A DNA stretch of 64,000 nucleotides, from NCBI GenBank assembly GCA_965277895.1, contig CBDIDR010000001.1:448074-512073 (forward strand), read 5' to 3'. The notes under the pieces were generated by a model. That model had not been told where the DNA came from. It searched no databases and saw only the letters and a list, made by a program, of their open reading frames with translations. Numbering within the stretch: the first letter of the stretch is position 1; each line of letters starts with the position of its first letter. The stretch comes from Flavobacteriales bacterium. GTDB lineage: Bacteria; Bacteroidota; Bacteroidia; Flavobacteriales; UBA7312. Positions 56,788 through 64,000 of this stretch are shown in pieces. The position numbers and the translations under genes are program-made.

Positions 56788-57137
56788 TTAAAAGGCGTTT
56801 TGAATATGTTCTATCTTTTTATCTCTGGAATTGAGGATAATACCAATAATATCAAAGCGTATTTCATTAGTTAAATTGTTTTGTTCGAGGTATGCTTCGG
56901 CAGCATCTCTCATGAGTTCTTGCTTTTTATTACTTACAAATTCTGATGGGTTACCAAATCATGAACTGCGTCTGGTTTTAACTTCAATAAATACAACTTG
57001 CATGTTGTGTTCAGCAATGATATCTATTTCGGCTTTTGCCATCGCCAGTTGGAGTGCAATACGGTAATATTTTTTTGGCTTAAGTAGTTTTTAGCTAGTG
57101 TTTCTCCCTCTTTTCCTAGCTCATGCGCTTCATTCAT
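56788..57137 (-). pseudogene. yraN: Disrupted yraN/UPF0102-family endonuclease gene (one frameshift plus one in-frame TGA)
   Basis: Minus strand from ATG 57137: [37 protein letters not shown] (TAG 57024..57026). The family sequence continues in the -1 frame from 57030: EIDIIAEHNMQVVFIEVKTRRSS, then TGA (56959..56961). It continues in the same frame FGNPSEFVSNKKQELMRDAAEAYLEQNNLTNEIRFDIIGIILNSRDKKIEHIQNAF* (TAA 56788..56790). Confidence 0.6.
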
Positions 57138-58098
57138 AGTGAAGTTTTATTTTTTCGCCAACCTCCAAGCAAACATTTTCTCCCAGTTTTAGGGCTAAAT
57201 TATTATCAATATGCCCAGCAGGAAAATTAAAGCAAACTGGAAAATCATACTCTGAAACGGCGTCCAAAATAATTTGTTCTGCTGTTTTTCCAAAAGGGAT
57301 ATTATTATCATTCATTTTTGTCATTCCACCAATAATTAAACCCTCTAAAAGGGCGAGTTTTCCGCTTCTTTTGAGGCTCATCATCATTCTGTCAATATGA
57401 TACAGGTATTCATCCAAATCTTCAATAAAAAGAATTTTACCTTCTGTGTCTATGTCTGATGGCGTTCCAATCAAGCTATATAGAATAGAAAGATTTCCGC
57501 CTATAATTTGTCCATTTCCCACGCCATTTCTATTAAGCGGATGACTATTGCAATTTATATCGATATTTTCTCCAAAAAGTGCTTTTTTGAGACTTTCGAC
57601 TGAGGCAGAGGTATTGGATTTAAAGCTTATTGGCATTGTGCTGTGTAAAGTCGGTATGCTCAAATTATGAAGGTGAGAATGAATAACTGTCACATCGCTA
57701 AAGCCTGCTATCCATTTTGGTTGATTAATAAAAATGGTAAAATCTAAATGGTCTATAATTCGCACACTTCCATAGCCACCTCTTGCACATAGTATGGCTT
57801 TAATTTCCGAGTTATTGAGCATTTGTTGTATATCCTCAATCCGTTCCTTATCGTTTCCAGCGTATTGGTGGTCACTATTGTAAATGTTTTGTCCTAAAAC
57901 GGGAACTAAACCCCACTTCTCAATTAGTTCAACAGAATATTTTAGTTCTTCACTATTGATTTTTCTGGCAGTTGAAACAATACCTATTTTATCCCCTTTT
58001 TTAAGGTTTTGAATAGTCTTTTTAAGTCCTTCTTTAACCGTCATTAAAGTCTTTATTCTTTTAATATCTTTGCGAAGATATATTTTTAAATTTTTCAT
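57130..58098 (-). CDS. LD-carboxypeptidase (S66 family, muropeptide recycling)
   Basis: 322 aa as listed. GFSDVT nucleophile block and C-terminal FPAGH. ATG 58044 ([23 protein letters not shown]...) is an equally plausible start. Confidence 0.8.
   Translation of the reverse strand: MKNLKIYLRKDIKRIKTLMTVKEGLKKTIQNLKKGDKIGIVSTARKINSEELKYSVELIEKWGLVPVLGQNIYNSDHQYAGNDKERIEDIQQMLNNSEIKAILCARGGYGSVRIIDHLDFTIFINQPKWIAGFSDVTVIHSHLHNLSIPTLHSTMPISFKSNTSASVESLKKALFGENIDINCNSHPLNRNGVGNGQIIGGNLSILYSLIGTPSDIDTEGKILFIEDLDEYLYHIDRMMMSLKRSGKLALLEGLIIGGMTKMNDNNIPFGKTAEQIILDAVSEYDFPVCFNFPAGHIDNNLALKLGENVCLEVGEKIKLHYE
58065..58072 (+). promoter_or_regulatory. -7 promoter box (TAnnTTTG) for metG
   Basis: TATCTTTG, with 24 nt before ATG 58097. 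Confidence 0.4.
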
Positions 58099-59782
58099 GA
58101 CAAAAAAACGCTATACCGTTACTTCAGCATTGCCTTATGCCAATGGACCTTTACACATTGGACATATTGCTGGCGCATATCTTCCTGCCGATATTTACGT
58201 CAGGTACAGAAGATCTAAACAACAAGATGTAGTGTTTATTTGTGGCTCGGACGAACATGGTGCTGCCATTACACTTCGAGCTAAAAAAGAAGGGGTAGAG
58301 CCACAAGAAATTGTTGACAGATACCACAACTTAAATAAAAAGTCCTTTGCCGATTTCGGTATTGATTTTGATATTTATCATAGAACTTCTGACCCTTTAC
58401 ATCATAAAACTTCTCAAGACTTTTTTAGTGAACTAAACAGTAAAGGGGCATTTACTCAGAAGACCTCGGAACAATTTTACGACGAAGAACATTCGCAATT
58501 TTTGGCAGACCGATACATTATGGGTACGTGTCCAAAATGTGGATATGATTCAGCCTATGGCGACCAATGTGAAAAATGTGGTTCGGCTCTTAGTCCTTCG
58601 GAATTATTAAATCCAAAATCCACCCTGAGTGGTAATGAGCCTATTAAGAAAGAAACAAAACATTGGTATTTACCAATGCAAGACCATGCCGATTGGTTAA
58701 AAAATTGGATTGAAAACGGAGAGCTTGATGGAGAAAAACAGCATGATCCTAGTCAATGGCGTTCTCAAGTAATTGGTCAATGTAAATCTTGGATTGATGG
58801 CGGACTTCGAGAGAGAGCGATGACCAGAGATTTGGATTGGGGTGTAAAAGTGCCTATCGAAGGTGAGGACGGAAAGGTATTATATGTGTGGCTTGATGCA
58901 CCAATTGGCTATATCTCAGCCACAAAACAATGGGCAAAAGACAATGGCAAAGAGTGGATAGATTACTGGAAAAATGATGCTGAATTGATTCACTTTATTG
59001 GAAAAGATAATATTGTTTTTCATGCTATTATCTTTCCAATATTACTAAAGGTGCATGGCGGTTTTGTATTACCTAAAAACGTTCCTGCTAATGAGTTTTT
59101 AAACCTTGAAGGACAGAAGCTATCAACCTCAAGGAATTGGGCGATTTGGCTACATGAGTATTTAAAGGATTTTGAGGGTCAGCAAGATGTTTTACGATAT
59201 GCCTTGTGTTCTACAGCTCCTGAGTCAAAAGACACTGACTTTACATGGTTAGACTTTCAAACTAGAAATAATAGTGAGCTGGTGGGCATCTTTGGTAATT
59301 TCATCAACAGAGTAGTTGTATTAACCAATAAATATTGGGAAGGGAAAGTGCCTGAAAGGCATGAACTAGATAGCTATGACCAATTAGTTTTGGATGAGAT
59401 GAACACATTCCCTAAAAAAATTGGGGGGCTCGTTGAGCAATACAAATTGAGAGAAGCTTTAACTGAGCTTATGAATTTAGCACGTTTAGGAAACAAATAC
59501 TTAGCGGATACTGAACCTTGGAAATTGAAAAAAACAGATGAAAAACGAACAGAAACGATATTAAATATTGCTCTACAAATAGCTAATCATTTAATGGTTT
59601 TATCAGAACCCTTTTTGCCGTTTACATCTCATAAATTGCAGGAAATACTAAATGTTCAAAAGTCTTTTTGGGATGAAATTAAGCCTATTGACGCCGCTCA
59701 ATGTATTGGTGAAGCAAGTTTGTTATTCTCAAAAATTGAGGATGAACAAATAGAACAGCAAATAGCTAAGTTAGGTAATTAA
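58097..59782 (+). CDS. metG: Methionine--tRNA ligase
   Basis: Start moved to ATG 58097 ([23 protein letters not shown]). Zinc knuckles CPKCG...CEKCG and a KLSTSRN (KMSKS-type) loop. The track start at 58070 is upstream in frame. Confidence 0.95.
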   Translation: MTKKRYTVTSALPYANGPLHIGHIAGAYLPADIYVRYRRSKQQDVVFICGSDEHGAAITLRAKKEGVEPQEIVDRYHNLNKKSFADFGIDFDIYHRTSDPLHHKTSQDFFSELNSKGAFTQKTSEQFYDEEHSQFLADRYIMGTCPKCGYDSAYGDQCEKCGSALSPSELLNPKSTLSGNEPIKKETKHWYLPMQDHADWLKNWIENGELDGEKQHDPSQWRSQVIGQCKSWIDGGLRERAMTRDLDWGVKVPIEGEDGKVLYVWLDAPIGYISATKQWAKDNGKEWIDYWKNDAELIHFIGKDNIVFHAIIFPILLKVHGGFVLPKNVPANEFLNLEGQKLSTSRNWAIWLHEYLKDFEGQQDVLRYALCSTAPESKDTDFTWLDFQTRNNSELVGIFGNFINRVVVLTNKYWEGKVPERHELDSYDQLVLDEMNTFPKKIGGLVEQYKLREALTELMNLARLGNKYLADTEPWKLKKTDEKRTETILNIALQIANHLMVLSEPFLPFTSHKLQEILNVQKSFWDEIKPIDAAQCIGEASLLFSKIEDEQIEQQIAKLGN

Positions 59783-59793
59783 TAATTTAAATT

Positions 59794-60999
59794 ATGAAAA
59801 AAATATTTCTACTCAATCTTATTTTAGTTTCACACCTTCTTTTTGCACAATGTGATGGGAGGTATCAAGATGAAATATTTTCTGATGTTTCTAAAACAAC
59901 AATCGAATATACTGATGTTTATGACTGGTCATCGTCTGACTCCGGTTTAGATGTGGATATTTATCAAGCTGAGGGCGATACCGCAACTAATCGACCATTG
60001 ATTGTTTTTGCTCACGGAGGGGTTTATGTAGCGGGTAATAAAGATAATCCAGCTATGATTAGCTTATGTGAAGCCTTTGCTAAACGCGGCTATGTCACTG
60101 CTTCAATTCAGTATAGATTAACATCCTCTTTAAGTTTGATTTCGCCTAATGCTTCAGAAATATTGACTCAAACAGTTGTGAATTCTATATCAGATATGAA
60201 AGCTGCGGTTAGATTTTTCAGAAAAGATTTTTCAGAGAATGGAAATACCTATGGGATTAATCCAGACCAGATTTTTGTTGGTGGATATTCAGCAGGAGCA
60301 GTAACAGCAGTTCATTTGTCGGCGGTCGACAGTGATGATATTCCAGATGATCTTCAAGGGTTCTTTGATAATGCAGGAGGTATTGAAGGAAATAGTGGTA
60401 ACGAAGGGTATTCTTCGGATGTTATTGGAGCAATAAGCCTGGCAGGAGCTATTCAGTCCTTGGCATTTTTTGATGCTGATGATGAGCCAATAGTTAGTTT
60501 ACACGCAACGGATGACAATACTGTAAGTTATGAATGTGATAATGCATTAGGTAATGATGCTTTTCCAGTTTTATGTGGTTCAGGTGAAATACATTCAACA
60601 CTCGAGACATTGGGTGTTCAAAATGATTTATATACCTTTAACTCTGGAGGACATGCTATTCCAATCACTGGTATTTCTGAAACCGCAGCACCATTTATAA
60701 GCGATTTTTTGTACAATATTATTTGTGAAACAGTTTCAGTTAATGATATTTCAGCTTCAACTAAAACAAATATTTACCCTAGCCCAGCAAGTAAAATGCT
60801 AAACATTGACAACCATATGGGGGGTGATAAAATATTGATTTTCGATAATTTTGGAAGAAAAGTAATGGAGTCAGAAATAAGAGGTCTTCATTTAGAAATA
60901 CCTGTAAGCAGTTTAAACGATGGACTGTATCATTTGCAGATTTTCAATCAGTCGGGGCTGTTAAGCAATAATAGATTTGTAAAAACGAACTTCAATTAA
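59794..60999 (+). CDS. Secreted alpha/beta-hydrolase (esterase/lipase-like) with T9SS C-terminal sorting domain
   Basis: 401 aa. Signal peptide ...SHLLFA|QC, HGG oxyanion motif (FAHGGVY), GxSxG elbow (GGYSAGA). The CTD is IYPSPASKMLNIDN...LNDGLYHLQIFNQSGLLSNNRFVKTNF. Confidence 0.75.
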   Translation: MKKIFLLNLILVSHLLFAQCDGRYQDEIFSDVSKTTIEYTDVYDWSSSDSGLDVDIYQAEGDTATNRPLIVFAHGGVYVAGNKDNPAMISLCEAFAKRGYVTASIQYRLTSSLSLISPNASEILTQTVVNSISDMKAAVRFFRKDFSENGNTYGINPDQIFVGGYSAGAVTAVHLSAVDSDDIPDDLQGFFDNAGGIEGNSGNEGYSSDVIGAISLAGAIQSLAFFDADDEPIVSLHATDDNTVSYECDNALGNDAFPVLCGSGEIHSTLETLGVQNDLYTFNSGGHAIPITGISETAAPFISDFLYNIICETVSVNDISASTKTNIYPSPASKMLNIDNHMGGDKILIFDNFGRKVMESEIRGLHLEIPVSSLNDGLYHLQIFNQSGLLSNNRFVKTNFN

Positions 61000-61359
61000 G
61001 GGTTAAAAAAACGAGTATTGAAATGTATACAACATATGAGCATATTTCAATGTAAAAATGTTTCTTGAGCCTTAGAAAAATAAGAAAAAAACAACTGTTT
61101 TTAAGGTAATACACCCCCATTAAAAGAGGATGCTCTTTGTAAGAATTAGGTTTCATGTTAAAAGGGTATTGATATTCTAACAAGCTTAGTAAATTTATTG
61201 AACTTCGCTGAATTCAGTTCTAAGATTCAAATCAAACGAATGCCATCTTCAACAAAAATGTGTTTATTTCTTTTGTACTTATAAGAATTAATGTTCAAAA
61301 GATTGTTAATTTTTGTATCTTGCAATGCAAAATTTTAGATAATCTAAAACTTAAATATT

Positions 61360-64000
61360 TTGAAAATATCAGATAAGGCAAAGATTATAGTTTTTCTTCT
61401 TGCTAGTTTTTTCACGGCAATACAGTCAAATGCCCAATGTACTGTAAATGTAATTCAGGATGATGAATGTAATAATAATGGGATTTTAGAGATTATTCCC
61501 GACCCTGCTTTTTCATCTCCCTACAATCTAGAAGTAGACTTTCCAAACGGTACAGTTTTTACTACAGTTTTTACTGAAGACACTTTTTTGCTTACTGGCT
61601 TAGATGGTGCTAATGGCGGAATCTATGACGTAACAATTGTTTCTGGACTTGATTCTTGTAACGTGCAAGACACAATCTCTGAAACGATTTTTAACTCTAG
61701 TAATTTCAGTCCGTCAATAAGCTTTAATGGTTACAATGTAAGTTGTTATGGCAGTTGTGACGGAGAGATACAAGTAAACATTTTCCCATCACCAGAAACA
61801 TATACAATTGAGTTCTATCAAGACTCAGTAGCTGGTGTACCTTTTTATTCAATTGCTAGTGATAACGCCAATCAAACAGGACTTTGTGCGGGAGAATATT
61901 TTATTTTATTCACATCCTCTACGGGATGTGAGATAGTTCGTCCACTTACATTAAGAGAGCCTGATAGTTTACATGTTGATGAAACTATAACCAATGTTCT
62001 TTGTAATTCTCAGTTTGATGGAGATATTCAGATTGATGTCAGTGGTGGTGTTGGATTAAAAATCAACAACAGTACGGGTAATGTAATAGATACTTTAGAT
62101 TATTCATTTTCTTGGACTGGTCCTAATGGATTTACATCTACTGATGAAGATATTGCTTCCTTAGAAGGAGGGGATTATCTGCTACAAATTACTGACAATA
62201 ACAACTGTTTTTACAATGAAGTGTACACTGTTTTAGATACTGTATTACCTATTCAGTTAACAGAAGTTAGTTCTGACTCAGTTGATTGTTATGGTGAAAG
62301 CACGGGGAGTCTAGAAGTTATAGCCTCAGGTGGAACTGGTAATTATGAGTATAGAATTGATTTATCAGCTTGGCAATCATCACCTGTATTTGATAATTTA
62401 TCAGCAGGCACTTATTCTGTTGAGGCTAGAGATGTAAATGGATGTATTGCTTCTCTTTCAATTGAAATATTTGAATATTCACAACTTAGCATTGATATAC
62501 TTACACTTGATACAATTTTCTGTAAAGACACTTTAGCTTTGTTAGAAATGGACGGTGTAGGCGGACTACTTCCTTATGAGTTTGATTTGAATGGGGTAAT
62601 CCAAAATAATGGAGTTTATGACGGCCTTGTAGAAGGGGATTATAACTTAACACTCTCTGATGCAAATGCTTGTGAATTTGATACTGTCATTTCTGTAGAA
62701 GACATTCCATTTTTATCAGTATCAACCACTTTCTCACCATTATCTTGTTATAATTCTGCTGATGGTAATATTTCTGTTTCCGCTTCTGCTGGAACAGCCC
62801 CATACACTTTTACGGTTGACACATTAGTGCCATCGTTTACATCTTCTGATTCAAATTACTATTCAAATTTAACAGTAGGCTCCTATACTGTTTCAGTGAC
62901 TGACGATAATAACTGTCCCTTCAGTTCTGTAATTCAAATTACAGAGCCTGCTCAGCTAATTCTTTCAATTCAATCGACTACAACACCATCTTGTTTTGGA
63001 TTATCAGACGGTTCAATCTCATTAAATGCAAATGGTGGCCAAGGAAACCTAGTATATACATGGACTAAAGATGGTGCTGCTTTTGCAGGGGCTACTAATT
63101 CCCAATCTAATATTGGTGCTGGAGATTACTCAGTATTTGCAACAGATACTGCGGGTTGTACTTCTTCAACATTACCAATTAATATTTCTCAGCCTAGTCC
63201 ACTTGTATTAAATACAGACTCATTTTCAAATCCAAATTGTTTTGAAGGTTCTGATGGATTTATTGCTGTAAGTGGTACTGGAGGTACATTGCCATACAGC
63301 TTCACTTGGTTAGGTTCGTCAACTAGTACCGATAGTTATATAAATAATTTGGAAGAAGGTCTTTACCAAGTAATAATATCAGACTTTAAAAACTGTTCTG
63401 ACACTTTAGATTTTTCACTGACTCACCCTACTCAAATGTCGTTCAGTACAAATGTTATTAATGTTAATTGTTTTGGTGAATCAACGGGTCAAATTTCTGT
63501 TGATGTTTCAGGTGGCACATTACCTTATGCATCTATTACTCATGAGCCAGGGTCAGTTGGCGTTACAAGTTCAACAGCATTAAACAATCTTACCGTTAAT
63601 CAACTGCCTAGTGGTACATATACTATCACCGCAATTGACGATAATTCTTGTTCATTTGTCGATTCTTTAGTTGTTCAACAGAATTCAGAAATAACAGCTA
63701 CGTTTTCTAATATTATTCCAGAAACTTGTAGTAATGCCAATGGTGCAGCTACCGTAAACCCTTCTGGTGGTCAAGCTGGATATACTTTTGAATGGTTGTC
63801 TTCAGGTCAATTGACTTCAACAGCAACATCTTTACCATCCGGAAATACATTAGTAAAAATAACTGATCAATTAACGTGTGAGAAAACACTGAATGTATTT
63901 ATTCCAAAAATTACTGATGTCGAAATTCAATCGGTAACCGTTACGGATAACTTATGTTTTGGTGGTAGTGATGGTGAATTAGAAATAAAAGCTATCGGTG
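61360..64000 (+). CDS. SprB-repeat giant cell-surface protein (gliding/adhesin type), 5' part only
   Basis: Not in the ORF track because it is open-ended. The frame is open from TTG 61360 to the window edge (880 codons). The N-terminus (M)KISDKAKIIVFLLASFFTAIQSNA|QC is a signal peptide. It is followed by 11 modules of ~75-85 aa, each with C.G..DG.I.V...GG..PY.F.W ... G.Y.V.V.D.NGC. Confidence 0.8.
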   Translation, partial: MKISDKAKIIVFLLASFFTAIQSNAQCTVNVIQDDECNNNGILEIIPDPAFSSPYNLEVDFPNGTVFTTVFTEDTFLLTGLDGANGGIYDVTIVSGLDSCNVQDTISETIFNSSNFSPSISFNGYNVSCYGSCDGEIQVNIFPSPETYTIEFYQDSVAGVPFYSIASDNANQTGLCAGEYFILFTSSTGCEIVRPLTLREPDSLHVDETITNVLCNSQFDGDIQIDVSGGVGLKINNSTGNVIDTLDYSFSWTGPNGFTSTDEDIASLEGGDYLLQITDNNNCFYNEVYTVLDTVLPIQLTEVSSDSVDCYGESTGSLEVIASGGTGNYEYRIDLSAWQSSPVFDNLSAGTYSVEARDVNGCIASLSIEIFEYSQLSIDILTLDTIFCKDTLALLEMDGVGGLLPYEFDLNGVIQNNGVYDGLVEGDYNLTLSDANACEFDTVISVEDIPFLSVSTTFSPLSCYNSADGNISVSASAGTAPYTFTVDTLVPSFTSSDSNYYSNLTVGSYTVSVTDDNNCPFSSVIQITEPAQLILSIQSTTTPSCFGLSDGSISLNANGGQGNLVYTWTKDGAAFAGATNSQSNIGAGDYSVFATDTAGCTSSTLPINISQPSPLVLNTDSFSNPNCFEGSDGFIAVSGTGGTLPYSFTWLGSSTSTDSYINNLEEGLYQVIISDFKNCSDTLDFSLTHPTQMSFSTNVINVNCFGESTGQISVDVSGGTLPYASITHEPGSVGVTSSTALNNLTVNQLPSGTYTITAIDDNSCSFVDSLVVQQNSEITATFSNIIPETCSNANGAATVNPSGGQAGYTFEWLSSGQLTSTATSLPSGNTLVKITDQLTCEKTLNVFIPKITDVEIQSVTVTDNLCFGGSDGELEIKAIG

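Noticed and set aside
56959-56961. TGA recoding (alternative genetic code or selenocysteine) in the yraN-like gene
   Set aside because: TGA functions as an ordinary stop for neighbouring genes, for example the LD-carboxypeptidase gene at 57130..57132 and ribE at 4580..4582. The same gene also carries a frameshift, so decay or sequencing error is more parsimonious.
56831-57067. Listed + strand ORF (78 aa)
   Set aside because: It lies antisense to the three segments that reconstruct a YraN-like protein, and it exists only because the real gene is broken into sub-threshold pieces.
60992-61183. Listed minus-strand ORF (63 aa) in the esterase/SprB-like intergenic region
   Set aside because: It sits in an AT-rich leader region, has no recognisable features, overlaps the esterase stop and shows no promoter box. 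It was treated as noise. The same judgement applies to the many short ORFs nested antisense or out of frame inside long genes, e.g. 508..696, 3489..3836, 8003..8420, 11328..11863, 21910..24101, 32019..32511, 35413..35759, 41224..41906, 43315..45491 and 53396..53650.
1-64000. Mobile elements, prophage, defence islands, tRNA/rRNA genes
   Set aside because: I recognised no transposase, integrase, phage structural, restriction/Cas/helicase-nuclease or toxin-antitoxin signatures in any frame. No intergenic segment showed tRNA-like T-arm or anticodon-arm features. tRNAscan-SE, Infernal and defence-system HMM scans would be needed to confirm this negative result.

Overview
AT-rich, tightly packed chromosomal segment that reads as Bacteroidota (Flavobacteriia-like). 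Many genes are preceded by exact TAnnTTTG -7 promoter boxes, and several secreted proteins end in T9SS C-terminal sorting domains. There are about 55 protein genes, mostly housekeeping: pdxA, pepA, ribE, lepA, purD, purQ, nadD, gmk, yicC, polA, cysS, aspS, trpS, metG, tadA, gatC, plsC, hflX, hemW, an msrB-msrA fusion and hmgA/hppD. I saw no rRNA, tRNA, CRISPR array, transposase/integrase or recognisable defence genes. The accessory content is mainly T9SS cargo. It comprises an LTD-CotH protein translationally coupled to a small beta-barrel OMP, and a 1806-aa multidomain LRR protein whose N-terminal thioredoxin-like fold has lost its CxxC. It also includes an alpha/beta hydrolase and a SprB-repeat giant gene that starts on TTG and runs off the right edge. 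Non-coding and decay signals follow. A ~300-bp intergenic region consists of two blocks of helically phased A-tracts. A yraN/UPF0102 gene is broken by a frameshift plus an in-frame TGA. A stub of a T9SS C-terminal domain sits in an intergenic gap. An unlisted 55-aa membrane ORF is present. Convergent genes repeatedly overlap at palindromic stop codons. I did not find a convincing novel multi-gene system. The best second-look candidates are the phased A-tract region, the redox-dead thioredoxin/LTD/LRR adhesin, the OMP-CotH pair and the tandem small membrane-protein paralogs. All product names rest on motif recognition by eye; no database search or computation was possible.
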